A DNA stretch of 64,000 nucleotides from a virus. The notes below the pieces were generated by a model that was not told the DNA's origin, ran no database searches, and saw nothing but the letters and a program-made list of their open reading frames with translations. The translations under genes were made by a program, and so were the position numbers. Positions 1 to 9,492 of the stretch are shown here, piece after piece. The first letter of the stretch is position 1; each line of letters opens with the position of its first letter. The stretch covers positions 1 to 64,000 of IMG/VR virus record IMGVR_UViG_3300042923_001459. One strand, written 5' to 3'.

Positions 1-212
1 TGCGTAAATTCAGCTTGAAGCATAGTACCACCCGGCATACGAATTCCCCATTCAATACCACTTACATATGTATCACGCAATTTACGTTTCTCAATATTTA
101 AACCCGTTAATAAACCACTAACCAGAAAAGCATCGAGATAATCTACGCATTCTATATGAAATTGCTGACACTCTTTTTTCCATTCTTTAATTCCTCTTAG
201 TTTCAATTTCAT
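1..212 (-). CDS. hypothetical protein, partial (runs off window start)
   Basis: ATG at 212 after GGAGG at the end of the upstream gene; frame MKLKLRGIKEWKKECQQF... stays open to position 1. Confidence 0.6.
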   Translation of the reverse strand, partial: MKLKLRGIKEWKKECQQFHIECVDYLDAFLVSGLLTGLNIEKRKLRDTYVSGIEWGIRMPGGTMLQAEFT

Positions 213-213
213 A

Positions 214-495
214 TCAATTTCCTCCTAAAATTTTAGCTAAGTACCTATCATCTTCTCTCCAATAAGCAATTTCTGCATACACATCATTAAGATATTTTTG
301 TAAGCTATGTGATTGTCTAAAGTCACATTGAAACTTTTTTCCAAACACATAACCTTCTTTTTGTATTGAATTATGAGAAATTTCAACAAAACATCTATTT
401 TTGCAATTCAAGATATCTTTAGCAAAACTCGTAGTTCTCACTATATGTGATTCGCAAATAGGGCACTTCTTGTATTTAATCCAGTAATCGTTCAT
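214..495 (-). CDS. CPIC/WKENDRY zinc-ribbon family, copy 1
   Basis: CPIC...CKNRCF...YWREDDRYLAKILGG. Confidence 0.85.
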   Translation of the reverse strand: MNDYWIKYKKCPICESHIVRTTSFAKDILNCKNRCFVEISHNSIQKEGYVFGKKFQCDFRQSHSLQKYLNDVYAEIAYWREDDRYLAKILGGN

Positions 496-782
496 TAGTC
501 TACCCTCCCAAGTATCTCACCAACATATCTATCGTTTTCCTTATAATACAGGATTGCTTGCTCTATCAATTTAAAGGTTTCTTGATTTTTATCTGCTTCT
601 TCTATTGTAGTACAAATTCCTATACGAAAATAATTAGAAAAAACTCTAAAATTAAAATCGCCATAGCCATCGACAGATTCTACACTATAACAACTATTTT
701 TACATGTTCTGTCACCAAAAAATTTGTCCATTAATTTGTCATCACATATTGGACATTTTCCGTTTTTACAATAAATATCCAT
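495..782 (-). CDS. CPIC/WKENDRY family, copy 2
   Basis: DIYCKNGKCPIC...CKNSCY...YYKENDRYV. Confidence 0.85.
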   Translation of the reverse strand: MDIYCKNGKCPICDDKLMDKFFGDRTCKNSCYSVESVDGYGDFNFRVFSNYFRIGICTTIEEADKNQETFKLIEQAILYYKENDRYVGEILGRVD

Positions 783-783
783 T

Positions 784-1020
784 TTATTCTCCTAATAATT
801 TAATGAGATATCTTTCATTAGTTCGCCAATATTTAATTTTTTCTGCTATTGTGTTTTCACTATTTTTATCACTAAGTATAATTTGATTAAAAATAATGAC
901 ATACCCGTCACGAATGGTAAAACAACCATTTTTACATTGTTTGGATTTTAGTTTACAATCACAAATTGGACAATCTTCTATTAAAAATTGCAACACATAA
1001 TTACCACGATAGATAACCAT
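784..1020 (-). CDS. CPIC/WKENDRY family, copy 3
   Basis: CPIC...CKNGCF...YWRTNERYLIKLLGE. Confidence 0.85.
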   Translation of the reverse strand: MVIYRGNYVLQFLIEDCPICDCKLKSKQCKNGCFTIRDGYVIIFNQIILSDKNSENTIAEKIKYWRTNERYLIKLLGE

Positions 1021-1021
1021 A

Positions 1022-1357
1022 TTACACTAACCTCTCTGCAATTAACGCGAGAAGTTCTTCTTGGGTATTCACAAAAATAGGTTCCTTTAAAAAATGATCC
1101 CTATCGTTATTATCAAATTCGCCAATATCATGTCTGATGTTGAAAGCATAACTATTTGAAACATAAGTATATACTACAGCTAAAATTCCAAACTTATCAT
1201 AAATGTAAATTTGCGCAGAATTAGCATTGTGTGTAATTTTAAGTCCGTCTCTTGTCAAATAGGACATAATAAGTGCATCTTTTATTTTTGGAACCATTTC
1301 TTTTGCCGTTTGAACTGCATTTATTTTTACATCATCTGGATATACAAAAGTTTTCAT
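1022..1357 (-). CDS. hypothetical protein
   Basis: ORF; start moved to ATG 1357 downstream of GGAGG. Confidence 0.7.
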   Translation of the reverse strand: MKTFVYPDDVKINAVQTAKEMVPKIKDALIMSYLTRDGLKITHNANSAQIYIYDKFGILAVVYTYVSNSYAFNIRHDIGEFDNNDRDHFLKEPIFVNTQEELLALIAERLV

Positions 1358-1420
1358 ATTTTCCTCCAAATCAAATAATTATATTATTATTATTTAGTGA
1401 AGAAATGTTAAAAAGATGTC

Positions 1421-1453
1421 AAAAATAAAAGGATAGTCAGAATCTATCCTTTT
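1421..1453 (-). terminator. intrinsic terminator
   Basis: AGGATAG/CTATCCT stem with T-tract after the glycosyltransferase stop. Confidence 0.7.
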
Positions 1454-1459
1454 AACAAT

Positions 1460-2476
1460 TTATTTAACTTCAGTTAGGTTTTTTAAAAAATCGCTTGTTG
1501 CTTTTTGCCATGTGTACTTAGACATTACATAGTTTCTGCAAGTAACTGAATCCTTATTTTTTAAAGCAATTTTAATTGCTTCAAGTAATGATTGATTAGT
1601 GCAACCAACATTTGAATTAATAATATCAACTATTTGTGGTACTGAAAATGCAGCAACTGGAACACCTGAAGCAAGTGATTCAATCATCACCAAACCAAAT
1701 GTATCAGTTTTACTAGGGAAACAAAATACCTCAGCACTAGCATAATATGTTGCTAGCTCTTCTCCTTTTTTAGGACCAACAAAAACAACATCTGGATAAG
1801 CCTCTTTAAATTCTTCCAATTGTGGACCATCACCAACTACCAATTTTTTAAGTCCAGGTTTAATTGATGATAAATCTAAACCAAGAAAAGCATCTAAATT
1901 CTTTTCACTTGAAACACGTCCAACATAAAGAACATACTCAAAATCAAATTCGTTACTTTTCTTTTCTGGTGAGAATAGTTCTGCATCAACACCTCTAGAC
2001 CAATATTTAACTCTTGATATACCATTTATCCGTAACTCTTTCTTAATTGATTTTGTTGCAACCATAACATTTGATGATCTTCTGTGAAACCATTTCATAT
2101 ATAAATAACCAACTCGCAATGGTACACCTAATTTATCTTTTGCGTACTCTGGAAATTTAGTATGATAAGCAGTGGTGAATTTCAATTTTTTATCTACACA
2201 ATATTTCCTAGCAGAAATTCCCAATGGACCTTCAGTTGCTATATGAATGTAATTGGGTTTGATGTTTTCCATAAGAACATTAAGTTTTTTAGTATGATGA
2301 TAGACAATAGAAATCTCTTTATAAAATGGCAATGGAAATGTATCAAACATACTTGGCTCAATTACAAAAACTTCAAATCCTCTATCTTGTAATTCCTTAA
2401 TTGTATTGTTTAGCGTATTAACAACACCGTTAATTTGAGGTGACCAAGCATCAGTGACAATAAGTATTCTATTCAT
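1460..2476 (-). CDS. GT4 glycosyltransferase, Agt-like (glycosyl-diacylglycerol synthase type)
   Basis: ILIVTDAWxPQINGVV, HIATEGPLG, TTAYHTKFPEY, YVGRVSSEKN, FPSKTDTFGLVMIES motifs. Confidence 0.85.
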   Translation of the reverse strand: MNRILIVTDAWSPQINGVVNTLNNTIKELQDRGFEVFVIEPSMFDTFPLPFYKEISIVYHHTKKLNVLMENIKPNYIHIATEGPLGISARKYCVDKKLKFTTAYHTKFPEYAKDKLGVPLRVGYLYMKWFHRRSSNVMVATKSIKKELRINGISRVKYWSRGVDAELFSPEKKSNEFDFEYVLYVGRVSSEKNLDAFLGLDLSSIKPGLKKLVVGDGPQLEEFKEAYPDVVFVGPKKGEELATYYASAEVFCFPSKTDTFGLVMIESLASGVPVAAFSVPQIVDIINSNVGCTNQSLLEAIKIALKNKDSVTCRNYVMSKYTWQKATSDFLKNLTEVK

Positions 2477-3263
2477 TCTTTATGATCTCTCCGTTTGGTA
2501 ACAATTCTACTATTACATTATTATTATTCTCATCGTACCATCTAATGAGTTTTATTGTTCCATCCATTTCTTCAACTAAAACAGTACAAGACTCAACAAA
2601 ATCTCCATCATTCAAGTAATGCACACCATTAATGTTTCTAATTTCAGGATGATGAATATGTCCACAAACTACTCCATCATATCCGTTTTTCTTGCATTCA
2701 TAAGACAAGGCTTCTTCAAAACTTGATATAAAATTTACAGCTTCTTTAACTTTGAGTTTAATATTAGCACTTAAACTCCAATATCCTAAACCAAATTTTC
2801 TTCTAATCCAGTTAAGAGGAGCATTTAAATTTAAAAGCAATTCATAACCATAATCACCTAAAATTGCTACCCACTTAGCATATCTGGTTACGTTATCAAA
2901 TTCATCACCATGAATGATTAAAAATTTCTTTCCAGTTGCAGTAATGTGATCAGTTTTTTCACATACTTCAATATCTCCAACATCTAATGGACAATAGTTT
3001 CTAATTGCGTCATCATGATTACCTGGAATATATTTAATTATAGTATTGTTTTCACTTTTCTTTAGAATTTTTCGAATAATTTCATTATGATCTTTTGGCC
3101 AATAAACTTTTGATTTCAATCTCCACATATCAATAATGTCTCCAACTAAATACAAATATTCTGATTCTGTATTGTTCAAAAGCGATAATACACTATTTGA
3201 TTTGCTACGTTTAGTACCCAAATGTAAATCTGACATCCATATAGTACGATATTTCATTTTCAA
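2469..3263 (-). CDS. metallophosphoesterase, PlcP/LpxH-like (probable phospholipase C)
   Basis: SDLHLG, LVGDIIDxWRL, YIPGNHD, IHGDEFD, CGHIHHP, NDGDFVES; overlaps the GT4 start. Confidence 0.85.
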   Translation of the reverse strand: MKMKYRTIWMSDLHLGTKRSKSNSVLSLLNNTESEYLYLVGDIIDMWRLKSKVYWPKDHNEIIRKILKKSENNTIIKYIPGNHDDAIRNYCPLDVGDIEVCEKTDHITATGKKFLIIHGDEFDNVTRYAKWVAILGDYGYELLLNLNAPLNWIRRKFGLGYWSLSANIKLKVKEAVNFISSFEEALSYECKKNGYDGVVCGHIHHPEIRNINGVHYLNDGDFVESCTVLVEEMDGTIKLIRWYDENNNNVIVELLPNGEIIKNE

Positions 3264-3348
3264 ATTTCCTCCTCATCATTCATATTAAAATAATAAGTTA
3301 AAGCAAGACTAGAATTAATAGGAAAAAAAAATTTAACATGTAGTTTAC

Positions 3349-3378
3349 AAAATAAAAAGGATAGTTGAATTCTATCCT
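3349..3378 (-). terminator. intrinsic terminator overlapping stop of copy 4
   Basis: AGGATAG-loop-CTATCCT followed by TTTTATTTT on minus strand. Confidence 0.7.
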
Positions 3379-3677
3379 CCGGTGATAATTTTTGCTAAAT
3401 AACGCTCATTTTGTTTCCAATATGTTATGTGTTCTAACACTGCATTTTCTAATTTTTCTAAAGACTGACTATTACTACTAAATCTTGCTACTCTTTTATC
3501 AAACACATAAGCATAATATTGACGACAAGTTTTTAAATCACTGTCTCTATATTTGTATGTTTCAAGTTTGTAACAACCATTTGTGCAAAATAATACGCCA
3601 GAATCAAAATCATCCAATCCATCAAGTTCAGATTCACATATAGGACAATTTCCATCCCCACAATAAATATCTATCAT
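3372..3677 (-). CDS. CPIC/WKENDRY family, copy 4
   Basis: MIDIYCGDGNCPIC...CTNGCY...YWKQNERYLAKI. Confidence 0.85.
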   Translation of the reverse strand: MIDIYCGDGNCPICESELDGLDDFDSGVLFCTNGCYKLETYKYRDSDLKTCRQYYAYVFDKRVARFSSNSQSLEKLENAVLEHITYWKQNERYLAKIITGG

Positions 3678-4009
3678 AACATCCTCTTAAAATTATTAAG
3701 TACTCTCCAAAAACTTGGACTATTTTTCTTTCTGTAAATGATGGGAAATTTATCATTAGAAGAATAAATACTATATTGTGTGAACTGACTATGCTTATTG
3801 CGGTGAATTGTTAGAGTGTATTTATGATCATGATTTTTTTTAAAATAACAATGCATTTGCATATCACTTGAATTATATGCGCAAGTAATATCATATCCCA
3901 CCATTATTGCTAATAATTTAATATTGTCAAATTCATCGGATAGATTTTGCGCAATATCTTCTTTAGCATCATCTAAAAGAAACTCTATTTTGTCAATAAC
4001 TAATTTCAT
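3674..4009 (-). CDS. hypothetical protein
   Basis: ORF with AAGGGG SD; ATGA overlap with copy 4. Confidence 0.7.
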   Translation of the reverse strand: MKLVIDKIEFLLDDAKEDIAQNLSDEFDNIKLLAIMVGYDITCAYNSSDMQMHCYFKKNHDHKYTLTIHRNKHSQFTQYSIYSSNDKFPIIYRKKNSPSFWRVLNNFKRML

Positions 4010-4132
4010 GATTACACCCCCTTGATATTTTATTATAAATAATAATTAAATAAGTTTAAACAAGATGTATATAGATTATCATAGGTGAAATAATAATCAT
4101 GTAAGGAAAAACTATAAAAGGAGCTGATTATT

Positions 4133-4414
4133 ATGACATACCAAAATCGTGGACCTGAAAACCCAAATCACCAAATTGACCCTAATAAACTTAAAATCAC
4201 TGCAGTACGTAAGGATGGTAGAGGTGATATCACAGAAGTTCAATTTCAAAATGGAGAAACAGCTTCAATAGAACAAGCAATTCAAATGGCTGAACAGGAT
4301 TTAATCGAAGATGTTAATACAGGCGCAACACGCGGAGAAGATAAACACAAAACCCTTCGTTCTTATCCTGATGGAGATCCTACCAACAACCTAGATAATT
4401 TACCTACATTCTAA
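4133..4414 (+). CDS. DUF3892-like protein
   Basis: ITAVRKDGRGDITEV...LRSYPDGDPTNNLDNLP pattern; AAGGAG SD. Confidence 0.75.
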   Translation: MTYQNRGPENPNHQIDPNKLKITAVRKDGRGDITEVQFQNGETASIEQAIQMAEQDLIEDVNTGATRGEDKHKTLRSYPDGDPTNNLDNLPTF

Positions 4415-4423
4415 TTTTAAAAT

Positions 4424-4457
4424 TAAAAGAGTACATCATAACGATGTACTCTTTTTA
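4424..4457. terminator. bidirectional terminator
   Basis: AAAAGAGTACATC/GATGTACTCTTTT perfect stem between convergent genes. Confidence 0.8.
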
Positions 4458-4468
4458 TTTGTGTATAT

Positions 4469-4678
4469 TTAAATTTTGATATCTGTTAGTCTATATCTTG
4501 TTTCCTTCGTACTTACAGAACCATTAAATAGTACCAAATAACCCTTTACATAACCTTTTCTAGGAGAAATTTTTTCAAATACTACTTCTCTGCCATCTAA
4601 TTCTGGTTTTCTAAAATGGTTAGTGATTGTAATTTTACTACCTCTTTTGAGTGATGTTGCTTGATTTTCTGTAATCAT
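4469..4678 (-). CDS. hypothetical protein
   Basis: ATG 4678 after AAGGGAG. Confidence 0.65.
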   Translation of the reverse strand: MITENQATSLKRGSKITITNHFRKPELDGREVVFEKISPRKGYVKGYLVLFNGSVSTKETRYRLTDIKI

Positions 4679-4711
4679 AACTTTTCTCCCTTCAATAAAT
4701 TGTATATGATT

Positions 4712-4740
4712 ATTATATAATAACATTTAAGAAATGTAAA
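4712..4740 (-). promoter_or_regulatory. sigma-A-type promoter
   Basis: TTTACA-17 nt-TATAAT on minus strand. Confidence 0.6.
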
Positions 4741-4745
4741 CAAAT

Positions 4746-5381
4746 TTATCTTTCAATAACTTCTGGATGAAATCCATCTTCTTGTACATAGCCGTCAATA
4801 GACCAAATACCTATTTTCTCGTTTTTAGCAAGTTGCTCATCTTTTTGATACTCAATTAAGTGAGGTGCATTCTTAATATAAACATAAGCAACTCTCGCAA
4901 ATCCATTTAAAATTAATTGTTCTTGAACAGATTTACCATCTATGTAAACATATGCTAAACCACGATTGTATTTGTCAAGACCAGATTGAATTTCTAAACC
5001 AACCTCTTTATTTAATAAAAGTTTTTTTATAAACTCACTCGCTTCAGGTCCAAATGGTTGAATGGGCGTACCGGGTTTTTTAGTTTCAGGAGTATCAACT
5101 AACAAAAGTCTAAATTGTGTTTTTACACCATTTAAATCTGTCTCAATAGTATCTCCATCAATTACCCTTGTTACTTTAGCTTTTGCTCTTGAATACGTTG
5201 TTTTTCCAATTGGCGATGATAACGGAATTTCTGGTAATATTGATTGTGGTTGCATAACATTTTGAGTAACAGTTGATTGCGTTGGTTGTGGAACTGGTGT
5301 AGGACTAATTTTTCTAGCATCATAACAACCAACAGTTAAAACCAACATAGCTGACATTAATCCAAATAAAATCTTTTTCAT
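4746..5381 (-). CDS. thermonuclease (SNase family) lipoprotein
   Basis: Lipobox TVGC; RVIDGDT, RLLLVDTPE, DKYNRGLAYVY, GFARV. Confidence 0.9.
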   Translation of the reverse strand: MKKILFGLMSAMLVLTVGCYDARKISPTPVPQPTQSTVTQNVMQPQSILPEIPLSSPIGKTTYSRAKAKVTRVIDGDTIETDLNGVKTQFRLLLVDTPETKKPGTPIQPFGPEASEFIKKLLLNKEVGLEIQSGLDKYNRGLAYVYIDGKSVQEQLILNGFARVAYVYIKNAPHLIEYQKDEQLAKNEKIGIWSIDGYVQEDGFHPEVIER

Positions 5382-5399
5382 TTTAAAAACCCCTTTTTT

Positions 5400-5816
5400 T
5401 TAGTAGAAATATCCTAAGTCGTATTGCCAGACATGTTTATTTAAAAAATCTTTTACTTCATCAAATGTTTTAAGTTTAATTTGAAATTCCTTCATCCATA
5501 AGTTTGATTTACCCTTTAATCCCGCGGCTTTAATTGAGTCCATAATATCTCTCTCGGTATCGTCCAAAAAGAAATCCAGTTCAAACCCATCATCAATAAT
5601 AGCAATAGAAAAAGTGAAGTTCCAACTTAGTTCATCATCACCATTTTCATCTTCTATACCCATATAACCAACCTTGTAAACTCCAACATAATCATTATTA
5701 TGATTGTCGGTACCTGTTCGTGTCTTAGGATCATAACTAGTATCTACCCTAACAGTTGTAATTGCCCACGCAATGATACAAAGGTCAAGATACTCCTGTA
5801 TTTCTTCTATCGTCAG
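5400..5816 (-). CDS. hypothetical protein, probable CTG start
   Basis: Frame of ORF 5400..5663 stays open 51 codons upstream to a CTG 8 nt after AAGGAG. Confidence 0.55.
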   Translation of the reverse strand: MTIEEIQEYLDLCIIAWAITTVRVDTSYDPKTRTGTDNHNNDYVGVYKVGYMGIEDENGDDELSWNFTFSIAIIDDGFELDFFLDDTERDIMDSIKAAGLKGKSNLWMKEFQIKLKTFDEVKDFLNKHVWQYDLGYFY

Positions 5817-5820
5817 AAAA

Positions 5821-6111
5821 TCATCTCCTTATTAATTCAGCTAGATACTTATCGTTTTCTTTCCAATAAACAATTTGATCAATGACTTCCTGTTCTTTAA
5901 GTATCTTGTCTATGTCGCGACTATTAAACCCAATGAATAATTTACCAAAGAAATACACATAATATTTATCTGTCCAATCCAATTGTTCATATTCATCAAT
6001 TTTATAGCAACCATTTAAACAAGTCTTTTTAAAAACAACAAATGGTGAAATATCCATTTTTGAATTACAAATAGGGCACAAACTGTCTTTACAATAAATG
6101 TCAATATTCAT
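5821..6111 (-). CDS. CPIC/WKENDRY family, copy 5
   Basis: MNIDIYCKDSLCPIC...CLNGCY...YWKENDKYL. Confidence 0.85.
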   Translation of the reverse strand: MNIDIYCKDSLCPICNSKMDISPFVVFKKTCLNGCYKIDEYEQLDWTDKYYVYFFGKLFIGFNSRDIDKILKEQEVIDQIVYWKENDKYLAELIRR

Positions 6112-6133
6112 AGTCGCACCACCTAAAGTAATA

Positions 6134-6433
6134 TTATACACTGTTCATAATTTTCATTAAGTATCTGTCATTTTCTTTCCAATAATTAATATTGTCTATT
6201 AATTGATTAGTAGCCATATTTTGTATTGATTTATTAGACATAAGTGGCACTATGCGTTGGTGTTTAAACACCCAAAATCTATCTACATTGTATCCACCAT
6301 TTTGTTGATTGTCTACGTGGAATTCATAACAACCATTTTTACATTGTGAACATCTTCCCATTGGCACTTTGATTTTTTGTAATTCTGAATTACAAATAGG
6401 GCAGAGACCATCTTTACAATAAATATCAATCAT
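6134..6433 (-). CDS. CPIC/WKENDRY family, copy 6
   Basis: MIDIYCKDGLCPIC...CKNGCY...YWKENDRYL. Confidence 0.85.
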   Translation of the reverse strand: MIDIYCKDGLCPICNSELQKIKVPMGRCSQCKNGCYEFHVDNQQNGGYNVDRFWVFKHQRIVPLMSNKSIQNMATNQLIDNINYWKENDRYLMKIMNSV

Positions 6434-6714
6434 CTTGTATCACCCAAAATTCTTATCAAATATCTATCGTTTTCTTTCCAATAAGCAACAATGTCTTTAA
6501 ATATTTGTTCTTCCTTTTTATTAGTTTCGTCACTTGTATAGCCACGAAAAATAATTATTTTTACTTTTTTTAGATCTGGAGACATTAAGCAATGATTAAC
6601 AAAGAGGCCAAAATCTTCAGTCTCATAACAACCATTTATGCAAATGGTGCCTACCATTCCACTACGCTCATATAATAGTTCTTTTTCGCAAATTGGACAA
6701 TGATTAAATTTCAT
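6430..6714 (-). CDS. CPIC/WKENDRY family, copy 7
   Basis: CPIC...CINGCY...YWKENDRYL. Confidence 0.85.
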   Translation of the reverse strand: MKFNHCPICEKELLYERSGMVGTICINGCYETEDFGLFVNHCLMSPDLKKVKIIIFRGYTSDETNKKEEQIFKDIVAYWKENDRYLIRILGDTR

Positions 6715-6774
6715 TTAATTCACCTCATCCTATATTATATATATTTAGGACACGAGATTTAACCAGATGACACC

Positions 6775-6803
6775 AAAAAAGGATAGAAATAGATTCTATC
6801 CTT
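6775..6803 (-). terminator. intrinsic terminator
   Basis: AAGGATAGAA/TTCTATCCTT stem plus T-tract. Confidence 0.7.
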
Positions 6804-6824
6804 CCAAAAAAACCTATACAGATT

Positions 6825-7412
6825 TTAAAACAACACTAATTCTTTCATTACAATAATAGCCGCAAGTTCATCGTATTTTTCTTCATTTAATTCTATTTTC
6901 TTATTGTCAACCTCGCGAATGAATTCTTCAATAATTCGATAATTTACTTTTTTCTTCTTTGAGAGTAATTTTTTTGCTATATAATTTGCATCTTCTTTAG
7001 TTATTTCATGGTCCAATACAATATAAATTCTGCCAACACTAACTCCAACAGATGCATCTATAAGTATAGTTCTATGTTTATCAATAAACTTCTTACGTTC
7101 TACTTTATTTGGTAATAATTGATATGCTAATGCTTCATAACGGTGAACGTATTCAGGGTGTTGTTCAAACTCATACATCATAACTTCTTTTTCATCTTCT
7201 TCAAGAGCAAAGGTATTTGCATAGTCATCCATACTCTTAACATCTTTCAATAAATGACCAACGATCATTTCTTTTTTATTATGCGATATAGAATCAGCAT
7301 TAGCATTTAAATAAACAATTGCAGCTCTACAAGCTCTTTCTACACTACTTGAATCATCTAATTCCAATAGCTGTATAATTCTATCATAGTACTTATCTTC
7401 TTTATTAGACAT
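6825..7412 (-). CDS. hypothetical protein
   Basis: 195-aa ORF with AAGGAG SD. Confidence 0.7.
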   Translation of the reverse strand: MSNKEDKYYDRIIQLLELDDSSSVERACRAAIVYLNANADSISHNKKEMIVGHLLKDVKSMDDYANTFALEEDEKEVMMYEFEQHPEYVHRYEALAYQLLPNKVERKKFIDKHRTILIDASVGVSVGRIYIVLDHEITKEDANYIAKKLLSKKKKVNYRIIEEFIREVDNKKIELNEEKYDELAAIIVMKELVLF

Positions 7413-7439
7413 CGAATCACTCCTTCACCTTATGTATTA

Positions 7440-7468
7440 ATTATATCACAAAGATAAATTAGTGTAAA
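7440..7468 (-). promoter_or_regulatory. sigma-A-type promoter with extended -10
   Basis: TTTACA-17 nt-TATAAT with TG one base upstream of the -10. Confidence 0.65.
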
Positions 7469-7505
7469 CTGTTTTAAAAATAAAAAAGAATGGATTTCTC
7501 CATCC

Positions 7506-8306
7506 TTAAGTAATTATGTGTAAGTTCGTATTAACAGAGTTGACAGAAACTTGATTTCCATCAATAACTAAACCATGTAGCAATCCGCCAAATACTGCTC
7601 CACCATCAATACCAATTTTAGTTTTGCAAGGAGAAAGCCAAACATTATTTTTGTATTTATCATGATGAAGATTTCTTGTTGGTGTATGACCAAAAACAAA
7701 GTTTTTTCCCGTTTCATTTTTCATATGGTGAAATGGAGTACGAATCCATCGAAATTCACTTTCATCCGTTTTTTTCCAATCATCATAAGCAAGATTGACT
7801 CCCGCATGCACACAAACAAAATTTTTCCACTCAAAATAATTTGGTAAACTTCTAATGAAATCTACCTCATCAGGAAAATTATTCTTAATGTAATTAGCAT
7901 TTCGACTTGGTAAATATTTGTATGCATTATTACTATTTTCTTCACTGTAAAAAGAATTAATAGTTTTATCTCCACCATTTGAGACATACCAAATGCTCGT
8001 ACTATTTCCAGCTTCCTCATAAAAGTTTATAATTGATTCATTTTCTTGCCACTTAGAAAACCATACATCTTCTGGATTGTCAAGCCATTCTAAAAACATT
8101 GCTTCATGATTTCCACCAAGAGCAACCGCTCCATATTTTTCATGAAGATCTTTAACTAAATGAATAGCGCCATAAGAATCGTGTCCTCTATCTATATAAT
8201 CCCCAACAAATACTAGGCGTTCAGAATCTGGGTTCCATTTAGTAAGTAATTTATTTAACATATTTAATTGACCGTGAACGTCTCCAACAACAAACAATTT
8301 ATCCAT
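7506..8306 (-). CDS. Ser/Thr protein phosphatase (calcineurin-like metallophosphoesterase)
   Basis: GDVHG, GDYIDRG, GNHE, VHAG, FGHTP, GIDGG. Confidence 0.9.
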   Translation of the reverse strand: MDKLFVVGDVHGQLNMLNKLLTKWNPDSERLVFVGDYIDRGHDSYGAIHLVKDLHEKYGAVALGGNHEAMFLEWLDNPEDVWFSKWQENESIINFYEEAGNSTSIWYVSNGGDKTINSFYSEENSNNAYKYLPSRNANYIKNNFPDEVDFIRSLPNYFEWKNFVCVHAGVNLAYDDWKKTDESEFRWIRTPFHHMKNETGKNFVFGHTPTRNLHHDKYKNNVWLSPCKTKIGIDGGAVFGGLLHGLVIDGNQVSVNSVNTNLHIIT

Positions 8307-8314
8307 AATATCAC

Positions 8315-8626
8315 CTATTTTGTCATTATTTTTATTAAGTACCTGTCATTTTCTTTCCAATATTGAATTTGCTTAATTATTTCTTTCTTTACAGCCTTTT
8401 TCTTTTTTCTAGAATAGATAGTTTTTAATGAATACTTTTTATTGAAAATAAAAAAGTCAATTTGACTATATATTTTCTTGCCATATGACCGCATTGAGAC
8501 AGAACCATAACACTTATTAATACAAAATGACGGAACAAGAGTTCCTGGTTTAAATCTACAACTATAAGTACTTAATAATTTTGATTTACAAATAGGACAT
8601 TTTCTATCTCTATAATAAAGATCCAT
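8315..8626 (-). CDS. CPIC/WKENDRY family, copy 8
   Basis: CPIC...CINKCY...YWKENDRYL. Confidence 0.85.
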   Translation of the reverse strand: MDLYYRDRKCPICKSKLLSTYSCRFKPGTLVPSFCINKCYGSVSMRSYGKKIYSQIDFFIFNKKYSLKTIYSRKKKKAVKKEIIKQIQYWKENDRYLIKIMTK

Positions 8627-8631
8627 CGCGC

Positions 8632-8886
8632 CTATACTCCCATCATCTTTGTGAGATATCTTTCATCTTGCTTCCAATATTTAATTTCATCCATAATTTT
8701 AGCTTCATCTCTAAACATATTAAAGCAAACTTTATCTTCGTCAAAAAAGTGTATGAATACCTCATCAACTGTGAAACATCTATTCTCACAATAACTGAAA
8801 TCTACAAATCTACTTGGATCATTACATGTAATTTTACCATCACATATTGGACATTTATGTATGAATAGATTAAAAACTTTAACCAT
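8632..8886 (-). CDS. CPIC/WKENDRY family, copy 9
   Basis: CPIC...CENRCF...YWKQDERYL. Confidence 0.85.
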   Translation of the reverse strand: MVKVFNLFIHKCPICDGKITCNDPSRFVDFSYCENRCFTVDEVFIHFFDEDKVCFNMFRDEAKIMDEIKYWKQDERYLTKMMGV

Positions 8887-9211
8887 TTGTCATTATCCTC
8901 ATTAAATATTTTTCGTCTTGTTTCCAATAAACTATCTCACTTCTTACAGCATCTTCGACACTTCTCAACTCATCTTTTGACATTGTTTTATTAATTGTGT
9001 ATAATTGGCCAGAAAGTAATTCAAAATAATTAGTACTTTCACTACCATTGATTATCTTCTTAGTTTTTTCACTAACAAACATATGTGAAAAACAAACGTT
9101 TGGACAAATATACCAATACCCTGCACCTTTTCTATAAACAGAAAAACTGGATTTATCTATTAATCTACTATCACAAATAGGACATGCATCATCACAATAA
9201 ATATTTATCAT
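8879..9211 (-). CDS. CPIC/WKENDRY family, copy 10
   Basis: MINIYCDDACPIC...CPNVCF...YWKQDEKYL. Confidence 0.85.
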   Translation of the reverse strand: MINIYCDDACPICDSRLIDKSSFSVYRKGAGYWYICPNVCFSHMFVSEKTKKIINGSESTNYFELLSGQLYTINKTMSKDELRSVEDAVRSEIVYWKQDEKYLMRIMTNG

Positions 9212-9212
9212 A

Positions 9213-9491
9213 TTAAATACCCATCATCTTAGTAAGATACCTTTCGTCTTTTCTCCAATAACAAACAATATCAATTATATTTTCGTAATCCTTTGAAGCT
9301 ACCCCCATAAAATCTCCATAAATGAAAATAGCTGCACTTCTCTCCTCTTCGCCAATATAAATAATAGAATAGCAATTGTTTGCACATTTAACATCTATAT
9401 TGACAGAGCCTTCATATGTGGTTGTACTCATTGTGCTTTTACAAATTGGACATATATTATCTTTGCATAGAATAATATCTAGCACTTTCAC
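9213..9491 (-). CDS. CPIC/WKENDRY family, copy 11
   Basis: GTG start after GGAGG; CPIC...CANNCY...YWRKDERYL. Confidence 0.8.
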   Translation of the reverse strand: MKVLDIILCKDNICPICKSTMSTTTYEGSVNIDVKCANNCYSIIYIGEEERSAAIFIYGDFMGVASKDYENIIDIVCYWRKDERYLTKMMGI

Positions 9492-9492
9492 T

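Noticed and set aside
2469-3263. LpxH (lipid A synthesis)
   Set aside because: Host signals point to Bacillota, and pairing with an Agt-like GT4 fits PlcP better.
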